From NCBI GenBank assembly GCA_963815455.1, contig CAWFGO010000001.1, forward strand, positions 64,001 through 128,000: 64,000 bases of DNA, in the 5' to 3' direction. Within the stretch, counting starts at the first letter, position 1. Each line of letters starts with the position of its first letter. The notes under the pieces were generated by a model. The model saw nothing but the letters and a program-made list of their open reading frames with translations. It had not been told where the DNA came from and did not search any database. Made by a program: the position numbers and the translations under genes. The DNA is from an uncultured Verrucomicrobiae bacterium (GTDB taxonomy: Bacteria > Verrucomicrobiota > Verrucomicrobiia > Chthoniobacterales > UBA10450). Positions 9,286 through 20,758 of the stretch are shown piece after piece.

Positions 9286-10637
9286 GGCGTCGGCGAAACG
9301 GAGGCTTCCGGCGTCGGGGTTTCCTCCGGCGTGGGAGACACTTCCGGTGTCGCAGTTGCGTCGGGAGTGGCCGTCGCTTCGGGCGTAGAGGTTGGCTCGG
9401 GCGGCGTTGACACGTCCGAACTGTGCGCAGGTCCCAGGGAAGATGGCGGCAACATCAAATCGATTGCCGGCGGCGGGGACTGACTTGGCGATGACGACGC
9501 AGGCTCCTCCCGCCGCGTCTCGCTCGGCGTAGGTGTGCTTGCGGACGCCTGACTTTCGGCAGCCGGCCTGGGTGCACCCGCTCCGCTACCCTCTGACTCT
9601 GGCTTCTGCTTTTCCGCTTCCTTTTTCTTTTTCTCCGCCGCCTCCGCCGCAACAAATTCCGGCTGGAGCGCAGCCTCGCCGACTTTGCGGCGCAACTGAT
9701 CGATCCGTTTCTTGGCCTGCTCGCTCTCGCGCGAACCCGGCTGTTGGCGAATCACTTCATTATAATAAATCACCGCCGCGCGAAAATTCTTCTGCTTGTC
9801 GTAAAACTGCGCAACCTTAAACGAGCTCGTGGTTTGTTTGCCCTCGAGCAATCTTAAATTTGCCTGCGCCTGCGCCGCCTTCTCGCTGTTTGGATGGCGA
9901 AAAAGAAAATCCTGGAAGGCAGTCTTCGCGTTGGTCGTGGCCGCGACGTCTTTGGTTCCGCCGCGCGCGGCGGTAAACCAAATGTAGCCAATCTGATATT
10001 GCGCATCCGCCGCCACCGGCTCGTTCGGGAATTTATCTACCACTGCCTGGTAAGCTTGAAGAGCAGCGTCATTTGCCCCCTGTTTCTCGCGGGCCAGGCC
10101 AATGTCGAATTGAGCGCGGGCAGTGTACTTGCCGAAAGGCGCTGTCCGTACCACCGCTGCGAAAATATCCACCGCTTTATCCAGCGCCGAGGCCATCGGG
10201 ATTCCAAGAAATTTTAGCTTCCGGCCCGCCAGATAAATTTCGCCGATACGAAATTGCGCCTCGATTGCTTCGTTAAAATGCGGACTGGTCGGATATTTCT
10301 CCACCAAAGTTCGGTACGACTCCGCTGCGGGAATATATAGGCGCAATTTTTCCTGTAATTCGGCCGCGCGATACTGCGCTCCCGGCGCCAGTGCGTCCTT
10401 GAAATAACGCCGCGACAGCGTCTTATAAGCCGAGATGGCGCGTTTATAGTTACCCCGCTTTTCCGCCTTCTGTCCTTCCTCGAACAACTCCTTGGCGTTT
10501 CCGCTCAATTCCTCCTCGCCCGGGGCCACATATTTCGTCTTCTCGTTCGGCTTGAATACCACCGGGGCCTTCATCGCCAGCGGAAAACCGACCAGTGCAA
10601 TGATGAAGAAAATGAGGCCGCGAACGCTGAAATTCAT
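9282..10637 (-). CDS. bamD: Outer membrane assembly factor BamD-like TPR protein with Pro/Thr-rich tail
   Basis: TPR repeats (KYPTSPHFNEA, VAQFYDKQKNFRAAVIYY); low-complexity TPEA tail. Confidence 0.8.
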   Translation of the reverse strand: MNFSVRGLIFFIIALVGFPLAMKAPVVFKPNEKTKYVAPGEEELSGNAKELFEEGQKAEKRGNYKRAISAYKTLSRRYFKDALAPGAQYRAAELQEKLRLYIPAAESYRTLVEKYPTSPHFNEAIEAQFRIGEIYLAGRKLKFLGIPMASALDKAVDIFAAVVRTAPFGKYTARAQFDIGLAREKQGANDAALQAYQAVVDKFPNEPVAADAQYQIGYIWFTAARGGTKDVAATTNAKTAFQDFLFRHPNSEKAAQAQANLRLLEGKQTTSSFKVAQFYDKQKNFRAAVIYYNEVIRQQPGSRESEQAKKRIDQLRRKVGEAALQPEFVAAEAAEKKKKEAEKQKPESEGSGAGAPRPAAESQASASTPTPSETRREEPASSSPSQSPPPAIDLMLPPSSLGPAHSSDVSTPPEPTSTPEATATPDATATPEVSPTPEETPTPEASVSPTP

Positions 10638-10772
10638 GGGGCTTGGCAGGGTAGTTTACTTATCAATTCCGTCAAGTTGCGCGGACCAGGCAAAAGGGAG
10701 TAATGGAGTGCTGGAGAAATGGAGTATTGATTTCATTCCCGGCCATCATTTCGGATACTTCATTCGCCCACT

Positions 10773-11648
10773 GTGAACCTCAGCGATCAACAAAAAATAC
10801 GAATCGGCGCCTGCGCCTGGACCTTTGAGGAATGGAAGAGGTCGTTCTATCCCGCTGAGTTGCCGGAATCTCAATGGCTGGAATTTTACGCGCGCTATTT
10901 CCCGGCCGTGGAAGTCGATTCGACCTTTTATGGCGCACCCGCCGGGCAAACGGTGCAGCGCTGGGTCGAAGCCACGCCGGCCAGTTTTCGGTTTGCCTGC
11001 AAGCTTCCCCGTGAAATAACTCACGCCTGCCGTTTGCGCGATTGCCGCGCGGAGCTAACCGCCTTCCTTCAAGCGATCGAACCCCTGGCGCCGAAGTTGC
11101 AAGTGATCCTTATTCAACTCCCGCCTTCGTTCACGCCGAAAGATGGCCGCCAATCGTTGCGGAAATTCCTCACCCAGTTGCCAAAATCGTTCCGATTCGC
11201 CGTCGAATTTCGGCATCCCGGTTGGCATCGTCCGCAGATCATCAATCTCCTCGAGAAACATCGCGTCTGCTGGGTCTGGGCCGATACCACTCCGCTCAAC
11301 GAACGAAATCTTGCGCCATTTGAATTTCTCCCGCGCACCGCCGATTTTCTCTATCTCCGGTTGCTGGGTGACTACACCACCAAATACGACGCCGATGGAA
11401 AACATCTCCATCGCTACCACAAACTTCTGTGGAAACGCGAAGCCGCTCTCGATAGTTGGGCGGTTCGAATCGAACGTCACCTGTCCGAAGTCCGCAGTGT
11501 CTGGGCCTTTGTCGGTAATCACTTCGAAGGGTTCGCTCCCGAAACAAGCCAGCGTCTCGCCCAACGCCTCGGATTCGAATTACCGTTGCCCTCCGAAACC
11601 GAGAAAACTCTCTCCGAGCAAGATCGCGCCCAGCTTGAATTGCTCTAA
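10773..11648 (+). CDS. DUF72 domain protein
   Basis: VEVDSTFY, CKLPREITH, IQLPPSF, AVEFRHPGW, YLRLLG. Confidence 0.9.
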   Translation: MNLSDQQKIRIGACAWTFEEWKRSFYPAELPESQWLEFYARYFPAVEVDSTFYGAPAGQTVQRWVEATPASFRFACKLPREITHACRLRDCRAELTAFLQAIEPLAPKLQVILIQLPPSFTPKDGRQSLRKFLTQLPKSFRFAVEFRHPGWHRPQIINLLEKHRVCWVWADTTPLNERNLAPFEFLPRTADFLYLRLLGDYTTKYDADGKHLHRYHKLLWKREAALDSWAVRIERHLSEVRSVWAFVGNHFEGFAPETSQRLAQRLGFELPLPSETEKTLSEQDRAQLELL

Positions 11649-11667
11649 TCAGGGACGCTCAAATTCC

Positions 11668-11806
11668 GTCGTCCTGAGCGACGCGAAGGACCCCGCGAAA
11701 GGCCAATAATTGCCGCATTTCGTGACGCGCGACTGCCGGCCAGACAATGTAAACGCTCGCGTACTAACAGTTCGACCGTGAGATCCCTCGCTACGCTCGG
11801 GATGAC
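11668..11806. repeat. Family A palindromic element (long subfamily)
   Basis: gtcgtcctgagcg...cgctcgggatgac; interior resembles copy at 39103. Confidence 0.8.
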
Positions 11807-11809
11807 AGA

Positions 11810-13110
<1,301 letters not shown>

Positions 13111-13120
13111 GGCGCAAATT

Positions 13121-13259
13121 ATGAATGACGAATGACGAATGTCTAATGACGAAGGAACGACGAAATCCGACTGGCCGAAACTGCCATGGACAGTTTGATG
13201 TCGTATCATGCGACATCAAACTGTCCTAAGCGCTTAACTTCATTCGGGCTTCGTCATTT
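13121..13259. repeat. Heptamer inverted array enclosing a 39-bp palindrome (13188-13226)
   Basis: atgacgaatgacgaat ... ggacagtttgatgtcgtatcatgcgacatcaaactgtcc ... ttcgtcatt. Confidence 0.8.
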
Positions 13260-13312
13260 TGGCCGGGCCAACTCGCACGTGACAACGATTCGCCTGGGCC
13301 GATACTTTCCCC

Positions 13313-14358
13313 GTGGAAACCCTCAGCCTTCTCGGCGTCGCCCTTGGTCTAGCGTATCTCTCCGGGATCAATCTTTATCTGACCGTCTTCGCCACCGGCC
13401 TGGCGATTCATTTCCACTGGATCACGCTCGCGCCCGCCTATCAATCGCTCGAAGTGCTGGGCGATCCCGTTGTGATCATCATCTCCGGCGTTCTCTATTT
13501 TCTCGAATTTTTTGCCGACAAAATTCCCTGGGTCGATTCGGCCTGGGACGCCGTCCACACCGTGATTCGGCCAATCGGCGGCGCGCTTCTCGCCATTCAG
13601 GTGCTCGGGCATCCCACTCCGGCTTTCGCAGTGATTGTCGGATTGCTTGGCGGCGGCACCAGCCTGGTTGCCCACACCGCCAAAGCTGCCACGCGTCTCA
13701 CCAGCAACACTTCGCCCGAGCCATTTTCGAACATCGCACTGAGTCTGGGAGAAGATGCGGCGGTTCTCGGCGGTCTGGCGCTCATCCATTACAATCCCCT
13801 GTTCGCTCTGTTCGTCTTCGCGCTTGCCATCGTCGGCTTCCTTTATTTTGCGCCAAAGATTTTGCGCGCTATGAAATCAAAAATCTGGCTGGCCTTGAAA
13901 AAGTTGAATGGCCCGGCCGATCTCGGCACTCCGGTCCAACTTCCTCTCGCCCTGCCGGCCCGGCTGGCCGCTGTGTTCAGTCGCGAAAATGTTCTTGGCG
14001 AAACGACCGCCTGGGCTGCGCCGTGCATCAGCGGACGCGGTCGCCGCATCCCGGCGAATCTTTTTGGCGCGCTGGTCGCCACCAATGAGGAGCCGAGAAA
14101 GCTGCGGTTCGTTGCGCGAAAAAATGGACGGCCATTTTCCCAGACCGATCGATCTCGAAGGCTCGATGGTCGCGCACGAGCCAAAATTTCTGTCCGAAAA
14201 TCTCATTATCTTCCCGGCCGCCGGCAAAGGTCCAAAATATCTTGTTCGTGTTTCCCCGGCCGCACGCCGCGATGGTGGAACGGATCGTGGAATATTTGCG
14301 CGAGCGTTTGGGTCGGCACGAGCCCGCGGAGGAAGCGGTGGTTGCGAGCGCAGAATAG
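13313..14358 (+). CDS. DUF4126 domain membrane protein (frameshifted in 3' part)
   Basis: SGINLY, LEFFADKIPWVDSAWDAVHT, SPEPFSN motifs; C-terminus continues in other frames. Confidence 0.85.
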
Positions 14359-14448
14359 GTGGATCGAGCAGTCTCCTTACTCGATGCTGAAAAAGAAACG
14401 CCTTCGGCGCCTGAATTAGCATCGCCCGACGGAGCGGTCGATCCACCT
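14357..14448. repeat. GGTGGATC...GATCCACC palindromic element (family E)
   Basis: Similar copies at 24360-24449 (inverted) and 54068-54154. Confidence 0.8.
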
Positions 14449-14482
14449 TCCCCTCTCACGCGCGCTGCGATACAACCGAAGC

Positions 14483-15869
14483 ATGCGAGGACAGCCTGCC
14501 GATCGCTACGCCGAAATGCGCGAATAGCGCCGCGTCCGCGAACGCGCTTTGTTTCCAACGTTGCGCACACCGAGCGAGCTGGAGCTGCAGGCGCGCTGGT
14601 TCGCCGGCGATTTCGGGCAAACAATTGTTTCCCCAGCCGGCGACAAGATCGACATTGTCCAGTTTGGCACCTGGAACCGCGAAGCCGGGCCGGATTTTCG
14701 CGACGCGGCGGTTCGTTGAACGGCGGCGAGCCGATTCGCGGCTGCATCGAGATCGATCTGGCCGATCGCAATTGGGAGACGCATGGCCACGCAACTAATC
14801 CGGCGTTCGAGGATGACCGTGCTCCACGTCTTCATTGATAAAAGCGAGCGCGAATTTTTTACTCGGACGAAATCGAATCGCGAAGTGCCTCAAGTGCGCA
14901 TCGATCTCGACACGTTGCCGGAAAACTTCAGCGCGAACATTCCGCTGGCGCGACCGGGGCGTTGCCAGGCGCCGTTGAGAAATCTGCCGGAAGATCAAGT
15001 CGTGAGCATTCTCGACGCGGCGGCCCAGTTTCGTTTAGACAAAAGGCGGCGCGCATCCGGCGCAAGATCGACAACTGCCAGTCCGGCTCGGACCATCGTT
15101 CGACGAAGTGCTGTTTCAGGAATGGCGGCGGCGCTCGGTTACAAGGAGAACAAACTGCCGTTCACTCTGCTGGCGCAACGTTTGCCGCTGAAGTTTTTGC
15201 GCGAAACAATGCGCTGACTGCGAAGCGCTGCTCTTCGGAGTCGGCGGTTTTCTGCAGACGCCCGATCTCGCGGTTTACCAAAATCGACGCGAGAATACGT
15301 GAGCAAATTATGGGACAGTTGGTGGCCTTATCGCGACGAATTCAAACAATTGATTGTGCCAAAAAAGTTTGGAAAATCAGTGGCACCCGACCGGTCAACC
15401 ATCCTCAGCGCCGTCTGGCGGCGTTGGCGGCTCTCGCATCAATGGCCAACGTTCGCGAAGCGTTTCGAACGGATAATCAACCGGCGTTGAAACATTTTCT
15501 CCTCGGCCTGCAACATTCGTTTTGGAATTTTCATTACACACTCACAGCAAAAGCGTCGGCGAAAGAGATGGCGTTGATTGGCGAATCGCGCGTCGCAGAC
15601 ATTTTGGCGAACGTCTTTTATCCCTTCGCGTTTTCCGAAGGGCCGCGATCTCTGGCACGATTTCGAGAAATTGCCGGCGCCGTCTGTCCAATCGCCGGCT
15701 CGCAACCGGCGCAACGCGTTTGTTCGGAGACGATCCACGCCGCAAGGAATTTCTCAAAACCGTCGCCGGTCAACAGGGCCTCCTCCAGATCTACGAAGAT
15801 TTCTGCCTGCAGGATAACTCCGATTGCGCGCAATGTCCGTTCCCCGAGCAAATGAAGAAATGGGTGTAG
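14483..15869 (+). CDS. DUF2851 family protein (multiple frameshifts)
   Basis: ELELQARW, WNREAGPDF, WETHGH..NP, ALGYKENK, RPVNHPQRRLAAL, QQGLLQIY..FC...CAQC fragments. Confidence 0.8.
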
Positions 15870-15925
15870 CGGCGGGCGTGTCGCCCGCAAACATTTGAAA
15901 CTGCGGCCGCACGGCCGCCTCTACA
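15866..15925. repeat. TGTAG...CTACA REP doublet
   Basis: tgtagcggcgggcgtgtcgcccgc...ggccgcacggccgcctctaca; heptamer run (ttgaacg/ttgagcg) follows at 15938-15972. Confidence 0.75.
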
Positions 15926-15986
15926 TTCTCCCGAAAATTGAATGTTGAACGTTGGACGTTGAGCGTTGAACGTTTTGCTCTTCCAC

Positions 15987-16598
15987 ATGCACCAGCTTTC
16001 TCGCAGGCAGAGCGCTTTCACCCTCATCGAGCTTCTGGTCGTCATCTCGATCATTATCATTTTGATGGGGCTGCTTTTTCCCGCGTTTCGCGGCGCCCAG
16101 GATCAGGCGAAAAAAGTCGAGGCCAAGAACGATCTCGCCCAAATCGTGAATGCGGTGAACGCGTTTTATGCGGAATACGGTCGTTACCCGACTGACTCGA
16201 CAATCGATATTACCTACGGACCAGCCGGCGTCGGCAATGATACGTTATTTAACGAGCTGCGTAGCACGGGCGCAATCATCAACACGCGAAAGATCGTTTT
16301 CCTCAACGCTCCCGATGTAAAAGATCCCGGCAACCCGCGGTCGGGCATTGGAACAACTGTCGGAGCCGGCCAATTTTTCGATGCCTGGGGAACGCCCTAC
16401 AGCATTTCGCTCGACGCCGATTACGACAATACGATCACGAATCCCTACGGCGCGGGTGGTGGAGCCGGCGCCGATCCGCTTCGGCAAGGGGTCCTGGCAA
16501 GGTCGTTCGGCAAAGACAAAGCAGCTGGCAACAAAGGCGACAACGTTTACAGGACCGCCGCCGGCGTCCAATCCGACGACGTGATTTCGTGGCAGTAA
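15987..16598 (+). CDS. Prepilin-type N-terminal cleavage/methylation protein
   Basis: AFTLIELLVVISII; D.WGTPY motif. Confidence 0.9.
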   Translation: MHQLSRRQSAFTLIELLVVISIIIILMGLLFPAFRGAQDQAKKVEAKNDLAQIVNAVNAFYAEYGRYPTDSTIDITYGPAGVGNDTLFNELRSTGAIINTRKIVFLNAPDVKDPGNPRSGIGTTVGAGQFFDAWGTPYSISLDADYDNTITNPYGAGGGAGADPLRQGVLARSFGKDKAAGNKGDNVYRTAAGVQSDDVISWQ

Positions 16599-16659
16599 CC
16601 GCCGGACTAGCCAGTTTGAGGATCGACAATTTCGATTTCGACTGCTGTAGTCTCGTAAC

Positions 16660-17172
16660 GTGAGACGATCAGCAATCTGGTCGAGTTTCTGCGCAATTGG
16701 AGCGCTCCTTTTCGCGGCGCAGCTTTCCCGCGCTTCCGCGCAAATTGTCGAAATCGTGTCCAGCAACGATTGGAACGCCGCGGCGGTCCGCCTCGAGATC
16801 AGTCGCAGTCAGCGTCAGGTGACGTTGTATCGCGGCCCAATCCAGATCAAAAGCTATTCAGTGGCGATTGGTCGTCCCGGCTGGGAAACACCGACAGGAA
16901 AGTTTCACGTTCTCCAGATGCAAAAGAACCCGACTTGGAAGCATCCACTGACCGGCGAAATTTTTGGCGCGGGCGATGAAGGCAATGAGCTTGGGCAGTA
17001 TTGGATCGGATTTTTGACGACCAGCAAGGGCGCGATTGGATTTCACGATACGCCGCATCCGGAAACAGTTGGAAAAGCGGTGTCGCACGGTTGCGTGCGA
17101 ATGTTCGAGGACGATATCGCGGATTTGTTCCGGCAAGTCCGCGTCGGCACACTTGTCACCGTCGTGCCATAA
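16660..17172 (+). CDS. L,D-transpeptidase (YkuD family)
   Basis: VAIG..GWETPTG; IGFHDT...AVSHGCVRM. Confidence 0.9.
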   Translation: MRRSAIWSSFCAIGALLFAAQLSRASAQIVEIVSSNDWNAAAVRLEISRSQRQVTLYRGPIQIKSYSVAIGRPGWETPTGKFHVLQMQKNPTWKHPLTGEIFGAGDEGNELGQYWIGFLTTSKGAIGFHDTPHPETVGKAVSHGCVRMFEDDIADLFRQVRVGTLVTVVP

Positions 17173-17228
17173 CTCAGTCGCGATTGTAATCGTCGATCTT
17201 GCGCAATCGTCGTCGCGTCGATTTCAGC

Positions 17229-19238
17229 TCACCACAACGCCTGGACCGGATTTGGCGGATGAATCAATTCCGGCGGCGGCGGACTATCTTTGAGATAATT
17301 ATCAACTGCTTCCTTGCTGGCGTCGTCGATGTTCTTGCCCGCCTCTCTTTCGGCCTCGTGCGCTTTTTCCGCGACTTTCTCTGCGTTACGCAAATTGCCC
17401 ATCGCGCTCTTACCGTCGTCGGTCTTGCTGAAATCCTGTTTAAAATCGTTCTCGAGCTTCTTCAATTGATTATCGAGTTTCTTAAACGCGTCTTTGTCGG
17501 CGCCCGTCGCGCCAGCAGCCTTGGCTTTCTTCTCGGCATCATCACGCTGACTTTTCAAGTCGTTATAGCTTTTCTTTTGATTGAGGAACTCCTTGAACTT
17601 CTCGTTGTAATTATCTAAAGCCTCGTCTTTGAGCTGATCGGTCCAGCCAGCCTTAAACTTCTTCTCCAGCCAATCGGCAAACGGATACTCTTTTAGAAAT
17701 TTGTCCCACCAATCGAATCGGTAAACGTAACCTTTTTTCTTTTTGCCCTTTTTATCCTTCTTATCCTTTTTCGGTTTCTCTTTTGTTCCGGGGCCGGGAG
17801 TTGGCGTGTCGTTTGAAATATTGACGGTTGTCCCTGTCGCCAATTCTTCCTCCTCCGGTTCTTCCAGTTCCTTGGCCTTGGTCGAAGTCAGTTCCACTTT
17901 TTCGAAGATCGTGTCGATGCCCTCGTCGACTTTCTTTTTCGTCTCCGGCTTCATCGGCCCTTTTTCTTCGATTTGTTTGTAGACGACTTTTTGAAGGTCT
18001 TCTTTCGTAGCCGGAGTTGAGCCCGTGATTTGGCAGATTTGTGGGTCGCTCCAAACGCTCCACTGAATCACGATGTCCTTCTGCTTTTGCTTATCGTGGT
18101 AGGGCAATTCCTTGAGCTTGCCTTCTTTTTGCAATTCCTCGGCGGCATCGTACTTGGAACTGGCCAGCCGAAGCATCTCGTTTGCATCCTTCGGCCGGAG
18201 ATGCGAGCCGGCCATTTGCGTCGGGCCCCCTTCATTGATCACCAGATCGCCAGTCTCGCCTTTGCCGACTGGCGGTTTGCTTCGGTCGAGACAAACCCCA
18301 TCCATCGGCACTGTTTTGCTCTGGTTCGGACCAAGCTGAACCATCTGTTCCTTCGGACAGGCGTAATGCTGATTCTTCCCGCTGCTAGATTCCAACACCA
18401 TCGCCGGAATGACAAAGCTGACCGCCTGGTTTGTTAGGTTTTGAATTCTGCAATCGGCAATGTGGCCGATGGTTGCGCCGGTCCCAGCCAGTTCCAAAGC
18501 GACGGTCTTCTGACCAAGCAGCAAAGAAAGCGTTTTCTCCGGAGCTTTCTCAGACGAGGGCGACGGAGATCGCGTTGGGCTCGGTGATCCCTCCAAAACT
18601 AATCCGGCCGATCCCCATTTTTTTTGCAAATCACCCAGAAACGCACCGAGTTTGGGGAAACTGTTCGGATCGGACACCATGCCTTCCGAGTTTTCCCATT
18701 CTCCCGTCTTAGGATTCCGTTGCTGCGTTTTCCAAACGTCGGTCTTCCCGTCCTCCCAACCTTCAAAGGAGTATGTGACCCCAGTCGCAGGATTTTTCCC
18801 GCTCGAATCGTAGGTTTGAAAACGATCGTAAAGCATCGTGCCATCTTTGGTTGAGAAAACCTGATCCGTCTTTGACTGAAGAGTCTTTCCATCTTTCAGA
18901 TAATTGTAAGTGGTGACCGTTGTTCGATTCGTGTTTGGGTTCGACTGAACAAACACCGCCATCGCCAGCTTTTCCTGTTTCTTTCCAAATTTGACCCACT
19001 CGATCTTGGTAAGGTTTCCGTCCTTGTCCCGAGTCGTCCGCTTCTCACCAGTGCCAACAAAGGGCCCACTTTGAATACCGTCTTTACCGAAACTCACCCT
19101 TTCACTCGCGGTCGTGCCGCCGTCCAGGTTTTTTGTAACTTTCGGTTCGTCGCCGCAAACGGAAATGACGAGGCCAAACCAGCTCAGAGCGAGCAACACC
19201 CGCCATGCTCCACCGGATGCAGGGCTATTTGAACTCAT
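17229..19238 (-). CDS. Secreted multidomain hypothetical protein with a domain shared with the upstream gene
   Basis: Signal peptide, beta-rich N region, SP linker, shared domain GTGATIGHIAD...GVCLDRSKPP...QWSVW, Lys-rich helical C-terminus. Confidence 0.8.
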   Translation of the reverse strand: MSSNSPASGGAWRVLLALSWFGLVISVCGDEPKVTKNLDGGTTASERVSFGKDGIQSGPFVGTGEKRTTRDKDGNLTKIEWVKFGKKQEKLAMAVFVQSNPNTNRTTVTTYNYLKDGKTLQSKTDQVFSTKDGTMLYDRFQTYDSSGKNPATGVTYSFEGWEDGKTDVWKTQQRNPKTGEWENSEGMVSDPNSFPKLGAFLGDLQKKWGSAGLVLEGSPSPTRSPSPSSEKAPEKTLSLLLGQKTVALELAGTGATIGHIADCRIQNLTNQAVSFVIPAMVLESSSGKNQHYACPKEQMVQLGPNQSKTVPMDGVCLDRSKPPVGKGETGDLVINEGGPTQMAGSHLRPKDANEMLRLASSKYDAAEELQKEGKLKELPYHDKQKQKDIVIQWSVWSDPQICQITGSTPATKEDLQKVVYKQIEEKGPMKPETKKKVDEGIDTIFEKVELTSTKAKELEEPEEEELATGTTVNISNDTPTPGPGTKEKPKKDKKDKKGKKKKGYVYRFDWWDKFLKEYPFADWLEKKFKAGWTDQLKDEALDNYNEKFKEFLNQKKSYNDLKSQRDDAEKKAKAAGATGADKDAFKKLDNQLKKLENDFKQDFSKTDDGKSAMGNLRNAEKVAEKAHEAEREAGKNIDDASKEAVDNYLKDSPPPPELIHPPNPVQALW

Positions 19239-20758
19239 GGCTTCGGCTCTTCCTTTTTTTCGTCGACCGGCTGGTTTTCGCCTTTCGCCTCTTTCCCGGT
19301 CAGCTCAACGTTCTGGAAGAGATCGGGCGTCTCTAGTTCTTTCGCCTTCTCGCCCGTGATCTCAATCTTTTCAAAGATCGTGTCAATGCCCTTGTCGATC
19401 TTCTTCTTGGTGGCGGAGCTTGGTGTCCCTTTTTCCTCAACCTGTTTGTAGACGACCTTCGTCAGGTCTTCTTTTGTTGCCGCCGGCGTTTTTGAGATCT
19501 CGGAAATTCGCGGGTTGGTCCAGGTGGTCCATTGAAGCAAAATTTCCCTCTGCTCCTTTTTGTTTTTGTAGGGAAAATCTTTGAGCTCACCGCTTTTCTG
19601 AACCTGGTCCACGGCGTCGTAAATCGACTGGCAAATTCGCAGCAAACCGCCGGCGGCCTTCGCCGTAATATGACAATCAGAATGTTGCGCGACGCCGGGA
19701 TCGACCGTGTTCAGCACGAGTTCGCCGCTGCCGCCTTTTTCCACCGGCGGCTTGTCCCGATTAATACAAACGCCTTCCAACGGGACTATCTTGGTTTGAT
19801 GAGGCGTCAGCGTGACCTCCTGCGGCTGGGGACAGGCGTAGTCCTGGTTCTTGCCGCTCTTCGATTCAAGGAGGAGGGCCGGGATGACAAAAACCAGCGA
19901 GCCATCCGACAAGTTTTGCAGTTTAAGGTCGGCCACATGTCCGATCGTTTCGCCGGTGCCAATCGTTTCCACTTTAACTTTCTCGGGCTCCTTCCCACTT
20001 CCATTCGAATGCGACAACACATCCATCGGCTGAGCGGTAATAAAGAGGAGCAGGTTGCGCTTGTGTGGGGGATCTTTCACGAACAGCCCGCCCAGCACGG
20101 GAATTTGTCCTAGCCCGATCGTAACATCGTTAGTCGATTTCTGTTCGTCCTGGGCCCGCTGCTGGGGTTCATTTCCTGTTACCGACTGAATCCTGGGATT
20201 GAACGTCATTTCCATGCTGCCATCTGCGTTCACCCGCGGCTTGATCTCCAGAATGAGCCCCCCATCTGAAAATCCGACCGATTGGGGGACGTAAACGTTC
20301 GCCGGCTGATTGCTCGGAATCGTAATAACCGGTTGCGCAATTACGTTGACGCCCTTCTCGTGATCGAACGCCTTCAGAATCGCGTCAGATTGCTCGCGCG
20401 TGAGCAGGCCAGTGAGGTTGATGTTGCCCGGTTCCGCATCGTCGGGGAAAAACCGCTGGTCAATGATTTTAGTTGAGGGAGACGCGCCCAGACCCAAAGC
20501 CGTCGCCTGCGACGAAGAGAGGTTCGACGCATCGGAAGACAATTTCCCAAGCGCATCAGCAATGCGCGCGTCGATCCCCAATTCGCGCGTCGTGTTTCGA
20601 CTCACCTCGACAAGCTTGGCTTCGATCTGTACCTGCGGCGTCAACGTTTCGGCAAAGGTCAATTGGCCGAAGAAGAGGCAGCTGGACGCAACAATGGTGC
20701 CGGCGGCCATGAACAGGCGCACAACCGCGATCCGAACGTGCGATGTTGTCGCCATCAT
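19235..20758 (-). CDS. Secretin-like domain fused to unknown domain
   Basis: PQVQIEAKLVEV..RELGID, IAQPVITIPSNQPA, GLILEIKPRV, LGQIPVLGGLF, LLLFIT; C-half paralogous to 17229-19238. Confidence 0.75.
   Translation of the reverse strand: MMATTSHVRIAVVRLFMAAGTIVASSCLFFGQLTFAETLTPQVQIEAKLVEVSRNTTRELGIDARIADALGKLSSDASNLSSSQATALGLGASPSTKIIDQRFFPDDAEPGNINLTGLLTREQSDAILKAFDHEKGVNVIAQPVITIPSNQPANVYVPQSVGFSDGGLILEIKPRVNADGSMEMTFNPRIQSVTGNEPQQRAQDEQKSTNDVTIGLGQIPVLGGLFVKDPPHKRNLLLFITAQPMDVLSHSNGSGKEPEKVKVETIGTGETIGHVADLKLQNLSDGSLVFVIPALLLESKSGKNQDYACPQPQEVTLTPHQTKIVPLEGVCINRDKPPVEKGGSGELVLNTVDPGVAQHSDCHITAKAAGGLLRICQSIYDAVDQVQKSGELKDFPYKNKKEQREILLQWTTWTNPRISEISKTPAATKEDLTKVVYKQVEEKGTPSSATKKKIDKGIDTIFEKIEITGEKAKELETPDLFQNVELTGKEAKGENQPVDEKKEEPKP

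Noticed and set aside
9282..9660. Pro/Thr-rich repetitive tail of BamD-like protein as a distinct element
   Set aside because: Low-complexity disordered tail; similar P/T/S-rich segments occur in other proteins in the window (61119 and 17229 genes).
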